DNA of 64,000 bases from an uncultured Acidobacteriota bacterium (GCA_963796275.1 CAWCKY010000006.1:1600001-1664000); one strand, 5' to 3'. Counted from the stretch's first letter, positions 51,533 through 62,567 are shown. Program-made: numbers and translations. The notes: generated by a model from the sequence alone, not told the origin.

Positions 51533-52768
51533 TTATTCCGTTTCTTGCATCCTTTGATCTGTTTTGGCGATTTTTGCGGTTGTTCTTCTCTTCAGAATGA
51601 AAATGATGGCGACCTGCAAAGCGACCGATACCAGGGCACCGAACAAGGGCACTCCGAGACCGATACGCAATTCACCGTAATGTTTGGAGGTCGCACCGAC
51701 GATCCACGGAACGACCGCTGCCCCCAATGCCGCAAGCATGAATAAGACTCCTACCATATTTCTCGCGAACATACCGAAGTGACGAGTGAAGATCGCAAAG
51801 GTGGTCGGGAACACCGGCGCCAGGCCGAGGCCGGTGATAAATGCCCCGGCAGAGAGCGATGCGAGTTCCCGGCTCATCAGAATGAGAGATAACCCGCAAA
51901 CCGCCGCGATCAGACCGGCCAGCACCAATCCTCTATCGCTGAGTAACCTTAACGCCGCGGGCGCCAGGGCCCTGCCCAGCAATAACCCGGCCCAGAAGAG
52001 CGAAGGCGTGATCCCCCAGAATTGCTGAGCCGAACTCCCGAGACGCTGTGTGTAGGATGCGAGCCATCCGCCGACAGAAGTCTCAACACCGACGTAAATG
52101 AAGATCAATATGCCGGTCAGCAAAGCGTATGGGCTTATCCATGAACGCATCGCGGAAACATCGCCCGACTCGGTATGACGATCATTCTGATGTGAGACCG
52201 ATAAATTGCGAGCGAACCCGAGGGCCGATATTGCGAGCAGCAGTGCGAGGCCGAATAGTAGTCCGGGAAATTGGCCATGACGAGCGAAGAAGGAGATCAG
52301 TGGAGGGCAGAGAAGCGCGCCGATGCCCCAGACAAAATTCAGCAAGTTGAGCGCCCCCGCGGACCGTTCGGGATTGAGCTCCGCAATCATCAGGTTGGTA
52401 GCCGGGATAGTGAAACCCAAACCTATTCCGATCGTGAAGATGGCGAAGACACCGCCAACCCATTCGCTGATGCCGAGAATGGCGACGGATATGGAAAGAA
52501 AACCATAGCCCGCGATTAGCAAAGTCGCCATCGACAGCCTCTTGAACAACCAGCCGGAGACGGCAGATCCAATCAAAGCACCGGTGAATTGCGCGAAAAA
52601 AAGCGAGCCCGCCTGAGAATCATTGAGCTGCCATCGAGCGGAGAGCACCGGCAACACAGGCCCGAGAAATGTATTCAGCACGCCGATGAGGAGAAAGCTG
52701 CAATATGTAAGGATAACGACTTGCTTGATACGCTCTGACGAAGAGACGGCCGTATCACTCGTAATCAT
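51533..52768 (-). CDS. MFS transporter (FucP/TsgA-like)
   Basis: About 12 TMs; GPVLP, YVGVE..GGW and GLAPVFPT motifs. Confidence 0.85.
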   Translation of the reverse strand: MITSDTAVSSSERIKQVVILTYCSFLLIGVLNTFLGPVLPVLSARWQLNDSQAGSLFFAQFTGALIGSAVSGWLFKRLSMATLLIAGYGFLSISVAILGISEWVGGVFAIFTIGIGLGFTIPATNLMIAELNPERSAGALNLLNFVWGIGALLCPPLISFFARHGQFPGLLFGLALLLAISALGFARNLSVSHQNDRHTESGDVSAMRSWISPYALLTGILIFIYVGVETSVGGWLASYTQRLGSSAQQFWGITPSLFWAGLLLGRALAPAALRLLSDRGLVLAGLIAAVCGLSLILMSRELASLSAGAFITGLGLAPVFPTTFAIFTRHFGMFARNMVGVLFMLAALGAAVVPWIVGATSKHYGELRIGLGVPLFGALVSVALQVAIIFILKRRTTAKIAKTDQRMQETE

Positions 52769-52784
52769 TTGGTTTCTCTATGAC

Positions 52785-53888
52785 TCAGTGCCTCTGCGCT
52801 GGTTTCAGCGAAGGAGCCTGGAATGTCGATTGGCGGATCACGAGCTCGGGCTCTACGGTGACCAGTTCGGGATAGGGAAATTGCGAACCTTTCGCGATCC
52901 TCCTCAAAAGGTGTTGAGCGGCCAGTCTGCCCATTTGATAGAGAGGCTGGCGAATCGTGGTGAGAGCCGGGTTATGGAAAGCCGCCGCGTGCACATCATC
53001 GAACCCGATCACCGAAATGTCTTCCGGAACACTGAGACCGGATTCCCGGAGGGCGCGAATAGCTCCGGTCGCCGAGACGTCGTTGAAGGCGAATAATGCG
53101 GTAAATTTGACGCCCGAAGCCAATAACTTTTTGGTCGCGAGATAACCGGTTTCTGGAGATGGCGAGTCGCCTTCGAGCTGAACCACCAGCCCGGCATCAA
53201 TCGGCGTTTTAAGTCTGACCGCCGTCTCTCTTATCGATTTCCATCGCAACTCGGTATCCGAACTGAACGCCTGCCCCTTGATGACCGCTATCTTGCGGTG
53301 ACCGAGGCCGATCAGATGCTTGAGCGCGAGCTCGGCGGCGCGTCGATGATTGAGCACGATGCTGGTTACGCCCGGAGTATCGTCGTGGCCGGAGACCGAA
53401 ATGGCGGGTAGAGTCGACGGGCCGCGCGGCGGAGTATCGACCGCTATCAATCCTTCGACGCAGCGTTCCATGAATAGCTGCGGATATCTTTCGATTAATT
53501 CAGCGCGATGCCGGTGGCTGGCGACGAAATAAAAATAGTCCTCCTGCAGCAGATGGTCTTCGATCCCGCTGAGTATCATCGCGGCGTAACCGATGCTAAG
53601 TTCGGGCACCAGCACGCCGAGCGTGTAGGTGCGTTGCGATTTGAGCGAGCGCGCGATGAAGTTCGGCCGGTAATTGAACTTCCGGGCGGCCTCGAAGATG
53701 CGGTCCTTGGTCTCTTGCGGGATAGCGCCGGCAGCCGCCGAATCGTTGAGCACGATCGAAAGAGTTGCGGGCGAAAGGTCGAGATGCGCAGCCAATTCTT
53801 TTAAACCGACCGGCTTCTCTCCCTGCACCTTACTGGCGATCCCATTTTTATTGCCGTTTTTGCCGCGTGACATAGCGCAGTCTTGCAT
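52785..53888 (-). CDS. LacI-family transcriptional regulator
   Basis: LKELAAHLDLSPATLS..YRPNFIARSL, FNDVSA, VPEDISVIGFDD and LTTIRQP. The start may be 53873. Confidence 0.93.
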   Translation of the reverse strand: MQDCAMSRGKNGNKNGIASKVQGEKPVGLKELAAHLDLSPATLSIVLNDSAAAGAIPQETKDRIFEAARKFNYRPNFIARSLKSQRTYTLGVLVPELSIGYAAMILSGIEDHLLQEDYFYFVASHRHRAELIERYPQLFMERCVEGLIAVDTPPRGPSTLPAISVSGHDDTPGVTSIVLNHRRAAELALKHLIGLGHRKIAVIKGQAFSSDTELRWKSIRETAVRLKTPIDAGLVVQLEGDSPSPETGYLATKKLLASGVKFTALFAFNDVSATGAIRALRESGLSVPEDISVIGFDDVHAAAFHNPALTTIRQPLYQMGRLAAQHLLRRIAKGSQFPYPELVTVEPELVIRQSTFQAPSLKPAQRH

Positions 53889-53952
53889 AGCGACCTGTTC
53901 GAAGCAAGCATTAAATCCTGCGGTTCAAATTATCAATAAAATAACAAATTTC

Positions 53953-53981
53953 TTGACGCTCAAATTGTGAAGTGCTATAAA
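53953..53981 (+). promoter_or_regulatory. Sigma70 promoter of the TBDR operon
   Basis: TTGACG-17nt-TATAAA with an extended -10 TG. Confidence 0.7.
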
Positions 53982-53991
53982 GCGGGCCAGC

Positions 53992-54009
53992 TACTTAATC
54001 GTTTTAGTA
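53992..54009. promoter_or_regulatory. Putative LacI-family operator
   Basis: TACTTAATCGTTTTAGTA is a pseudo-palindrome with a central CG, just downstream of the -10 box and next to the divergent LacI gene. Confidence 0.6.
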
Positions 54010-54074
54010 CACCATCCAAACGATCACAGCTGTTGCTGGATAGCTATTGCTGGGATGAATTTTCGCAGGAAGAT

Positions 54075-54163
54075 ATTCACCACAGAAACCACAGAAGGAC
54101 GAAGAACAAAATAAACACATAAAGAAAGGTTTGTGGTTTCGGTAATTGAATTTTGTGGTGAAT
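54075..54163. repeat. Nonamer-type palindromic element in the 5' leader
   Basis: ATTCACCACAGAAACCACAGA ... TGTGGTTTC ... TTTTGTGGTGAAT. Confidence 0.55.
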
Positions 54164-54247
54164 CTCTTCGCCATCTTTAACCTCAATCAAGAATATTGAC
54201 AGAACACCACTATGCCCAGATTGGCATAGGCAGAGGGAGGGGAATTG

Positions 54248-57200
54248 ATGCAATATGCTCTTTCAGCATTTTGCCGTAAGACTTTAATCGTGTTGATTCT
54301 GCTACTGGGGCTGCAGATTTCGGCCAGCGCCCAGTTTCGCGCAGGCATCCAGGGCGCAGTGACCGATAGCCAGGGGGCAGCGGTTTACGGTGCGAGCGTC
54401 ACATTAACCAATAAAGAGACCAACAGGACGTTACAGACAAAGACAGGCGATGGCGGATTCTATCGCTTCGACAGGCTCGCTCCCGGCAGTTATACGATTT
54501 CTACAGAACTGGACGGGTTTAAGAAGAAAGTCCTGGAGTACGTTGAGGTCAATGCTGAAGAGATGCGGGGCATCAATATCGAGCTGGAAGCGGGGAATCT
54601 CACCGAGACGATAACGATCTCCTCTCAGGCAGCGGAACAACTCGATACCGAGAACGCGAATCTCGACCGATCGATCACAACAGATGAGATCCTGCGACTC
54701 CCTCAGACCGGGCGCGACCCGTACGAACTAGTCCGATTGACGCCGGGCGTCTTCGGCCTGGGAATGCGCGATGGCAACGGCGGCTCCGTCAAGCTGCCTA
54801 ATACCTCCGGCCCCGGCGGTTCGAGCACATCGATCTTCCAGACCGAGAATCAGGTCCCGATCAGCGCGAACGGCCAGCGCCTGCAGGCCAATAACTTCGA
54901 GGTCGATGGTGTGAGCGTCAACAGCCAGGCGTGGGGCGGCGCCGCCGTCGTGACTCCGAACCAGGAGTCGGTCAAAGAGGTGCGCGTGTTGGCGAACTCT
55001 TACTCGGCGGAGTATGGGCGGAACACCGGCGCCCAGATTCAGGTGGTCTCGCAGAACGGGACGAATGACTTTCACGGGAGCGCGTTCTTCAAATATAACG
55101 ACCCATCACTCAACGCCTTCAATGGGTGGGGCGGCTCCGGGGGCGGCCCTCCGAAGCGCGTCGAAAATCGCTTTCGCCAATGGGGCGGCAGCATCGGCGG
55201 CCCCGTCTATCTTCCGCGCTTCGGGGAGGGTGGGCCAACCTCCTGGAGCGGAAAGAACAGACTCTTCTTCTTCTTCTCCTTCGAGAGACTCCGCAATAAC
55301 GCCAACAACTTTGAAAACAAGTGGATCGAGACCCAACAGTTTCGCGAGCTCGTCCAGAGGGAGCGCCCCAACAGTCTCGCCAACCGGATAGTGAACTTCC
55401 CGGGTATGGCGCCGAGCATACTTGGCGTAACTCCCAATACCTGCGAGGCAGCGCATGGCTCCCTGGTCGATGTGAAAAAATGCCAACAAGTGGCGGGCGG
55501 ATTGGATATCGGCTCGCTCGCTCTCCCAGGAGAGGATTTTCTATCGTCCGACGGTGGCGGCCTGGATGGTCGTCCGGATATTCAGTTTGCCCAGGTCTCC
55601 CGGCCACGCAACAACACTGCGCAACAGTTCAACGGTCGCGTCGATTTTCAGGCGACGAGCAACGACCTGATCGCGTTCAGCTTCTACTACACTCCTAACG
55701 ATAACCTGGCTGCCGATGAGAGGGGCCGCCCGGCACTCGAGTTTCTCTCAGCGCGGCGCAATACCTCGGGGATGTTGCTCTGGAACCATACCTTTTCACC
55801 GACCGTGCTCAACGAAGCGCGCTTCAACGTGACCCGCTGGTATTTCAACGAATTCAATTCCAACCCCGATCTGCCCTGGGGCATTCCATACACCGAGGTC
55901 AGCGACGTTATTCCAACCATCGGCTGGGGGGTAAACGGGGCCGGCGTCTTTTACCAGACCACTTTCAATTTCCGCGATGTCCTGAGCAAAGTGGTAGGCA
56001 GTCACGGGTTGAAGTTCGGCGGCGATATCTCGCGCGAACAGAACAACGACACGGTAGCGTGGGCTGCGCGTCCGAGTTACTTCTTCGGCAGTATGTGGAA
56101 TTTCGCCAATGATACGCCGATCAGGGAGACGGGCAACTTCGATCCGAGGAGCGGCATCCCGACCGATTTGAAGAAATATATCCGCGCCGGCACATACTCT
56201 CTCTTCGCCCAGGACGATTGGAAGGTACGGCCCAATCTGACCTTCAACCTCGGCGTACGCTGGGAGTACTGGCAACCTCCCAGGGAGAAGTACGGAAACT
56301 TTAGCAAATTGGTCCTGGGTCCGGGCCGGGAGCTGGTCAATGGCGCAAGGTTTGTGACGGGTGAGCCACTCCATGATCCTGATCGTAATAACTTCGGGCC
56401 GCAGGTCGGCCTCGCCTGGAGCCCGGCTCGATTCAGGAATAAGGCGGTGGTACGCGGCGGCTTCGGCATCGGTTATAACCGCATTCCGTACTCCATCACA
56501 CTAAACGGGCGTTTGAATCCGCCGTACGTCGGAGCGTTTACATTAAGGGAGCGGGATCAGATAGTGTATACGTTCGGACAGGAGCTTACCTCTCCCGGCG
56601 GCTATCCATCCAACCCGAGCACAATCTTGCAGTTCAACTCGGATAATGGGTTCCCAGTGATACCGCCCGGGTCCATTCTGGCTGAACCGAATGTAGACGT
56701 GGCGACGTTTCAGAACGTGCCTAATCCTTATGCATATCGCTACTCTCTCGATCTGCAGTATGAGCTTGGGACGGATTGGGTAGCATCGCTCGGCTTTCAG
56801 GGCAGTAGCGGCCGAAAGTTAACCCGCCTGGTTGAACAATTGATACTCGCCAGAGCCGGCTTCATTCAGGAATACGATGGCCTCTTAAAAGTCAGGGTCA
56901 TGCAGAGCGACGTCAACAGCAACTTCAACGCTCTGATCGCTCGCATTTCGCGACGATTTTCTAAAGGCATAAACCTCAACGCCCAGTACCGCTGGAGCAA
57001 AAGTATAGACTTCTGCTCCGACGATCAGGATTGCAGGCAGAGTTATCCCTTCGACCAGAGCACCGAGCGCGGCCCCTCGGACTTCGATGTTACTCATTCA
57101 TTCCTTGCGTCGGGGCTGTGGGAACTGCCGATACTCAGGAATCGCAGTGACTTTATCGGTAAGGCATTCGGAGGATGGCAACTCAATGGAATCCTCACGG

Positions 57201-57688
57201 CGAGTTCGGGTTTCCCGTGGACACCCGTGTACAATCCCAACAATGGCTGTGATTCGATGATAAACATGGGAATTCAATGTCCGCAGCGCCCAGTCGCCGT
57301 CCGGGGTAGTTTTGAACAGGACATGAGCAATGAAGCTTTCCGGCGACCCGGTGGTACTTTGGGAACGGGCTCCGCTCAGCTCTTCCAATCGCCCAATTTC
57401 AATACTTTATCGCCTCAAATGCCTGGGATCGGGCGTAACGTGTTTCGCGGCCCGCATTACTTCAGCGTCGATATGAGCGCGATCAAGCGCTTCAAACTAC
57501 CACGATTTTTCGGTGAGAGCGCAGGTCTGGATATTCGCGCCAACTTCTTGAATGCTTTCAACAATCTGAACCTGAAGCCGTTCGAGTGGGACAGCGAGAA
57601 TACCAGGATCAATCACGTCAATTTCGGCCGGGCGCCCGATGCTCTCTCCGGTCGCGTGGTTGAATTTCAAGCGAGGTTCTTCTTCTAA
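54248..57688 (+). CDS. TonB-dependent receptor (carboxypeptidase-regulatory N-domain, Oar/acidobacterial type), paralogue 1
   Basis: Signal peptide, G.VTD..GA, GTNDFHGS, QDDWKV..LT.NLGVRWE, RWSKSID and C-terminal RVVEFQARFFF. Confidence 0.92.
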   Translation: MQYALSAFCRKTLIVLILLLGLQISASAQFRAGIQGAVTDSQGAAVYGASVTLTNKETNRTLQTKTGDGGFYRFDRLAPGSYTISTELDGFKKKVLEYVEVNAEEMRGINIELEAGNLTETITISSQAAEQLDTENANLDRSITTDEILRLPQTGRDPYELVRLTPGVFGLGMRDGNGGSVKLPNTSGPGGSSTSIFQTENQVPISANGQRLQANNFEVDGVSVNSQAWGGAAVVTPNQESVKEVRVLANSYSAEYGRNTGAQIQVVSQNGTNDFHGSAFFKYNDPSLNAFNGWGGSGGGPPKRVENRFRQWGGSIGGPVYLPRFGEGGPTSWSGKNRLFFFFSFERLRNNANNFENKWIETQQFRELVQRERPNSLANRIVNFPGMAPSILGVTPNTCEAAHGSLVDVKKCQQVAGGLDIGSLALPGEDFLSSDGGGLDGRPDIQFAQVSRPRNNTAQQFNGRVDFQATSNDLIAFSFYYTPNDNLAADERGRPALEFLSARRNTSGMLLWNHTFSPTVLNEARFNVTRWYFNEFNSNPDLPWGIPYTEVSDVIPTIGWGVNGAGVFYQTTFNFRDVLSKVVGSHGLKFGGDISREQNNDTVAWAARPSYFFGSMWNFANDTPIRETGNFDPRSGIPTDLKKYIRAGTYSLFAQDDWKVRPNLTFNLGVRWEYWQPPREKYGNFSKLVLGPGRELVNGARFVTGEPLHDPDRNNFGPQVGLAWSPARFRNKAVVRGGFGIGYNRIPYSITLNGRLNPPYVGAFTLRERDQIVYTFGQELTSPGGYPSNPSTILQFNSDNGFPVIPPGSILAEPNVDVATFQNVPNPYAYRYSLDLQYELGTDWVASLGFQGSSGRKLTRLVEQLILARAGFIQEYDGLLKVRVMQSDVNSNFNALIARISRRFSKGINLNAQYRWSKSIDFCSDDQDCRQSYPFDQSTERGPSDFDVTHSFLASGLWELPILRNRSDFIGKAFGGWQLNGILTASSGFPWTPVYNPNNGCDSMINMGIQCPQRPVAVRGSFEQDMSNEAFRRPGGTLGTGSAQLFQSPNFNTLSPQMPGIGRNVFRGPHYFSVDMSAIKRFKLPRFFGESAGLDIRANFLNAFNNLNLKPFEWDSENTRINHVNFGRAPDALSGRVVEFQARFFF

Positions 57689-57692
57689 TAAA

Positions 57693-58886
57693 ATGATCTG
57701 TAACAGGAGAGAGGAGAATACGAAACAAGCGAAAACGGCAAAACAAACGAAAGATGTTATAGGTTTCGTTTGTTTCGCTTATTTCGTTTGTTTCGTCCTC
57801 TCTACCGGTCTTCATCATCATGCCTATTCCAGTTCGCTCCAGGATTTCGAGAAGCTTGCGGCACAAGCAGCACAGGCGCGTGAGGCCAATCGGGTGGATG
57901 AAGCTATCTCGCTCTATCGCGAAGCGATTCGATTACGCACGAAGTGGGATGAGGGCTGGTTCTACCTTGGGACTTTACTGCACGAGCGCGATAACAATGC
58001 CGAGGCTGCTCGGGCTTTCAAAGAGGCGGCCGATCTCAACCCCAAGGTGGGAACAGCGTGGGTGATGCTAGGCTTATCCGAATTTAAGCTGGGCCGGTAC
58101 AATGATGCGCTCAAACATATTCAGCACGGCCGGCAACTAGGCATCACTGACAATCCGAATCTCAGGAAAGTCATGCTCTATCACGAAGGGTTGCTGTTGC
58201 TGGATAAAGAAGATTTCGCGACTGCCCAGCAGACGCTGGGTTCTCTGAGTCGCGAAGGCGTCCAGAATGAAGACCTGATTGCCGCGCTCGGCCTTTCGGT
58301 TCTTAACGTGCGGCCATCGGATCTGCCATCGGCCAATCCAACAACTCAGATGGCAGTCGGCCGCGCAGGCCAGGCTGAGCTTCTCGCGGTCCAGAAGAAG
58401 TTCACCGAAGCGCGCGCGGAGTACGATCGCCTGGCCTCAGACTTTCCCAAGCTAGCAAACGTTCAGTACGCCTACGGGCGTTTTTTGCTTACCAGCAACG
58501 ACGATGACCAGGCGATCTCGGCGTTCCAGCGCGAGATTGCGAATTCGCCGGAGCACCTGCCGGCCCGCCTGATGATTGCCGATATAAAACTCAAGCTCAG
58601 GGATGCCGCAGGAGGTATGCCTCACGCGGAGGAAGCGGTGAAGCTCAACCCAGGATTACCGCTCGCACGCTATCTGCTGGGATCATTGCTGCTCGAGGCC
58701 GGTCAGGCGGCGCGGGCGATTGTCGAGCTGGAGACGGCTCAACGATTGTTAGCGGATGAACCGAAAATATACTTCGCATTGGGAAGAGCCTACGCGCGCG
58801 CGAACCGTAAAGAGGACGCTGAACGTGCGCGAGCCGAATTTGAGCGCCTAAATAAGAAGGAAGAGGCGAAGAATCGCCTGAAGTGA
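57693..58886 (+). CDS. Exported tetratricopeptide-repeat protein
   Basis: Multiple TPR units (A...YREAI, WFYLG, A..LNP, YFALGRAY) and an N-terminal signal-like segment. Start is uncertain. Confidence 0.85.
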   Translation: MICNRREENTKQAKTAKQTKDVIGFVCFAYFVCFVLSTGLHHHAYSSSLQDFEKLAAQAAQAREANRVDEAISLYREAIRLRTKWDEGWFYLGTLLHERDNNAEAARAFKEAADLNPKVGTAWVMLGLSEFKLGRYNDALKHIQHGRQLGITDNPNLRKVMLYHEGLLLLDKEDFATAQQTLGSLSREGVQNEDLIAALGLSVLNVRPSDLPSANPTTQMAVGRAGQAELLAVQKKFTEARAEYDRLASDFPKLANVQYAYGRFLLTSNDDDQAISAFQREIANSPEHLPARLMIADIKLKLRDAAGGMPHAEEAVKLNPGLPLARYLLGSLLLEAGQAARAIVELETAQRLLADEPKIYFALGRAYARANRKEDAERARAEFERLNKKEEAKNRLK

Positions 58887-58932
58887 TACTCACATTCGCC
58901 CAATTTGAGATAGATTTTGAAACCGCACTCTA

Positions 58933-58982
58933 AGTCGCGTAGCGACGAATGAGAGTCCGAACACGACCGTCGCTACACGACT
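58933..58982. repeat. REP-like hairpin related to family B
   Basis: AGTCGCGTAGCGACG ... CGTCGCTACACGACT. Confidence 0.6.
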
Positions 58983-59039
58983 GAATATCTCAGTAAAATT
59001 AAAACGAGAACCGAAAATAACTGCTCAGGGAGACAAGTT

Positions 59040-62000
59040 ATGCAAGATGCTCTTTCAGTATTCAGCCGAAACATTCTCCTCACTATGGTACTGATGCTGA
59101 TGCCGGCGATGGCGGCCAACGCACAATACGGTGCGGGCATTCAGGGCACTGTGACCGATAAGACCGGGGCCGTTATTCCCGGTGCGAAGATCGCTATCAC
59201 CAACTCGGAGACAGGACGCACACAAAAGACTGTAGCCAGCGGGGAAGGCTTCTATCGCTTCTCCGCATTGCCGCCCGGCAAATATAAGGTGACTGCCGAA
59301 CTGGATGGATTCAAAAAGACGGAACTCGAAAGCGCCACAGTCGGCGCGGAAGCGGTCACCGGCGTCGACCTGACGATGGAAGCCGGTCAGGTGAATGAAT
59401 CGATCACCGTCTCGGCCGATTCCACGAACGGGCTGCAGACCGAGAACGCCAATGTCACGCGTGCCATTTCAACCGTAGAGATTCGAGAGTTGCCGCAGGT
59501 CGGACGCGATCCGTACGAGCTGCTGCGGCTGACCCCCGGTGTTTTCGGCGACGGCGCCCGTGGTGGCAATGGGAATTCGGTAGCCCTGCCGAACACCACG
59601 GGGCCGGGCGGCTCGAACAGTTCGATCTTCCAGACCGAGAACCAGGTCCAGATATCGGCCAACGGCCAGCGGCTTTCGAGCAATAACTTTCAGATCGACG
59701 GCGTGAGCGTCAACAGCTTCAACTGGGGCGGCGCAGCGCTCGTCACTCCGAATCAGGAGTCGGTCAAGGAGATCCGCGTGCTATCGTCGAGCTACTCGGC
59801 CGAAGACGGGCGAAATTCGGGCGCGCAGATCAAAGTGGTCTCGCAGAACGGCACCAACGAGATACACGGTTCGGCCTTCTTCAAGTACAACTCGCCGGAG
59901 CTGAACGCGTTTAACAAGTATGGTGGGCCGAACGCGCCGCCGATGCGTGTCGCCGACTACATCCGGCAGTTCGGGGGCTCGTTCGGCGGGCCTCTCCCGT
60001 TACCGCGATTCGGCGAAGGCGGGCCGGTCTTTACAGGAGGTAAGAACAAGTCTTTCTTCTTCTTCTCATACGAGGGATTGCGGAATAATTTGAGCAACAC
60101 TGGGCGCGGCTTCGTCGAGACGCCCGCGTTTCGCCAGGCCGTGTTAGCGCAGCGCCCCGGCAGCGTCACAGCGCATGTGCTCTCCGCCGCGGGTATCGAG
60201 CCGCGCATAGTGGGCGTGTTCGCGCCCTCCTGTGGGGTCTTCGACAACGACCAGACACGTTGCCAAATCAGGGGCATCGGATTGGGCATCGGATTGGACA
60301 TCGGCTCGCTGAGTGCGCCGGCATCCAACCCTTATGTAGGCCTTCAAGGCGGAGGTTTGGACGGTATCCCAGACATTCAGGAAGTGTTATTCGCGTTGCC
60401 TAGCCAAAATCGTGGCAATCAGTACAACCTGCGGTTGGACTTCACACCCAACGAAAAGAATACCATCGCGTTCAGCACTTACATCACGCGGTTGAACAAC
60501 CTGGGGAGCGATAGCGCGGGGCAGAGCCGCCCGATGGCCGACCTGCCTTTCAAGCCGCTCAATACTTCGGGAACGATACTCTTCACCCACGTCTTTTCAC
60601 CCACGATGGTCAACGAGGCGCGCTTCAATGCGACGCGGTTCAGCGTCGACCAGGGATTGGATGCCGCCAACGTCAACTTCGGAATCCCACGCATCGAGGT
60701 CGAGGGGCTGCCAATCGGCGATCGCATACGCTTCGGCGCGCCGCGGGCTGAGACGACGCCGAACGTCTCCGCGCAGAACATCTTCGAATTCAGCGATACG
60801 GTGAGCAAGACGTTTGGCAATCACGCGATGAAGTTCGGCGTGGTCGTTCGCAAGGAGGAGAACAACAGCGATCCATCGGGCGGATCGCGCCCGATCTACT
60901 CCTTCTCAGGGCTCTTCAACCTGGCCAATGACGCGCCTGTCTTCGAGGCGATCAACGCTGATCCGGTGACGGGGGACCCCGCCGATGCTCAGCGTTATTA
61001 CCGCACGCCCTACTATGCGGGTTTTGTGCAGGACGATTGGAAGGCGCTTCCCAATTTGACGCTCAACCTGGGTGTGCGCTACGAATACTATTCGCCGCTG
61101 CAGGATGAAGATGGTCGTCTGAGCAACCTTTTTCTCGGCTCACAAGGTTTTGACAACGCGGTGTTGCGCGTCGTTGACGAGCTCTATAAGCCGGATCGTA
61201 ATAATATTATGCCGCGCTTCTCATTCGCTTATAGCCCGAATACTGGAATATTCGGCAGGTTGCTGCGTGGGAACAATGCGGTGATTCGTGGCGGATTCGG
61301 CGTCGCCTTCAATCGCATCCCGGTCGCGCCGTTAGGCAACGTACGCGGCAACCCGCCATTCTTCGCACGCTACAGTCTTTGCTGCGGCAATGAAGGATAT
61401 CCATTTTTTGGTGGACGGATTCAGTATGATACCGGCTCGAGCAACTCGGTTGTGAGCTACCCGCGCAATTCCGCACTCGCTCCCGGCATCAATCCGGCGA
61501 ACGGCTTGCCGAATGTGACTGATCCAGTAATAGAGGTCTACGGTTCATCTCAGAACATCCCGACTCCATATGTCTACCTCTATTCGCTCGAAGCTCAGTA
61601 TGAACTGGGCGCGCAGTTCACGCTGACCACGGGGTATCAGGGGAGCGCTGGTCGCAAACTGGTCAGGCTCGTCAATCAGAGGTTCCTCTATCAAATATCT
61701 AATACCAGTACGACCCCCATATCCGCCGCATACTTCACGATGCCGGACGTGAATTCGAACTTCAACGCGGCGCTCGTCAGTCTTTCACGGCGCTTCTCGC
61801 GAGGCATGCAATTGCAGGCCAACTACCGTTGGAGCAAGAGCATCGACCAGCTTTCATACGAGGGCCCGGGCTTCGAGACAAACCAGACGTATCCACAAGA
61901 CAACGGCACCGAGCGTGGGCCATCAGACTTCGACGTGCGCCACTACGTGACGGTATCGGGTCTCTACGAACTGCCATTCTTCCGAGGCAAAAATTTCGCT

Positions 62001-62567
62001 AACGCGCTTCTCGGCGGTTGGAAGGTTACTGGCATCATGAGCTACCGGGGCGGTTTCCCGTTTACGCCGGTCGTCGGTGGGTGCACGAGCACGCCCGGTG
62101 GGTCGCAGCTCTGCCCCGTTCGCCCGCAGGGTTACAACGGGCCGAGCGAGATCGACACCTCGCATGAAGCATTCATGACTGGCAGCAACTTCCCAGGTGG
62201 CGGTAAACCTTTCTTCACGGTCTTCAAACAGGACGACAATACGATTGCGCCGCCGGGCATCGGGCGCAATTCATTCCGTGGGCCTAAATATTTCGGCTTC
62301 GATATGAGCTTCGTGAAGGAGACTCGCTTGCCATTCCTGCGGCTCGGCGATGGCACGAACCTGGAACTCCGGGCGAATGTTTTCAATATCTTCAACAAGC
62401 TGAACCTCGCGCCATTCGCGTTCGGAAGCAATGCAGTGACTATCGGTTCTTTCAACACAGGCGAGCAGGGTACTGCTGGGACCCTCACCAACAACCCCGA
62501 TTTCGGGAAAGCGACGTCCGGATTGGCCGGGCGAGTCGTCGAGTTGCAGGCGAGGTTCAGGTTCTAA
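59040..62567 (+). CDS. TonB-dependent receptor, paralogue 2
   Basis: Same architecture as paralogue 1, with long near-identical blocks (IFQTENQV.ISANGQRL..WGGAA.VTPNQESVKE). Ends RVVELQARFRF. Confidence 0.92.
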   Translation: MQDALSVFSRNILLTMVLMLMPAMAANAQYGAGIQGTVTDKTGAVIPGAKIAITNSETGRTQKTVASGEGFYRFSALPPGKYKVTAELDGFKKTELESATVGAEAVTGVDLTMEAGQVNESITVSADSTNGLQTENANVTRAISTVEIRELPQVGRDPYELLRLTPGVFGDGARGGNGNSVALPNTTGPGGSNSSIFQTENQVQISANGQRLSSNNFQIDGVSVNSFNWGGAALVTPNQESVKEIRVLSSSYSAEDGRNSGAQIKVVSQNGTNEIHGSAFFKYNSPELNAFNKYGGPNAPPMRVADYIRQFGGSFGGPLPLPRFGEGGPVFTGGKNKSFFFFSYEGLRNNLSNTGRGFVETPAFRQAVLAQRPGSVTAHVLSAAGIEPRIVGVFAPSCGVFDNDQTRCQIRGIGLGIGLDIGSLSAPASNPYVGLQGGGLDGIPDIQEVLFALPSQNRGNQYNLRLDFTPNEKNTIAFSTYITRLNNLGSDSAGQSRPMADLPFKPLNTSGTILFTHVFSPTMVNEARFNATRFSVDQGLDAANVNFGIPRIEVEGLPIGDRIRFGAPRAETTPNVSAQNIFEFSDTVSKTFGNHAMKFGVVVRKEENNSDPSGGSRPIYSFSGLFNLANDAPVFEAINADPVTGDPADAQRYYRTPYYAGFVQDDWKALPNLTLNLGVRYEYYSPLQDEDGRLSNLFLGSQGFDNAVLRVVDELYKPDRNNIMPRFSFAYSPNTGIFGRLLRGNNAVIRGGFGVAFNRIPVAPLGNVRGNPPFFARYSLCCGNEGYPFFGGRIQYDTGSSNSVVSYPRNSALAPGINPANGLPNVTDPVIEVYGSSQNIPTPYVYLYSLEAQYELGAQFTLTTGYQGSAGRKLVRLVNQRFLYQISNTSTTPISAAYFTMPDVNSNFNAALVSLSRRFSRGMQLQANYRWSKSIDQLSYEGPGFETNQTYPQDNGTERGPSDFDVRHYVTVSGLYELPFFRGKNFANALLGGWKVTGIMSYRGGFPFTPVVGGCTSTPGGSQLCPVRPQGYNGPSEIDTSHEAFMTGSNFPGGGKPFFTVFKQDDNTIAPPGIGRNSFRGPKYFGFDMSFVKETRLPFLRLGDGTNLELRANVFNIFNKLNLAPFAFGSNAVTIGSFNTGEQGTAGTLTNNPDFGKATSGLAGRVVELQARFRF

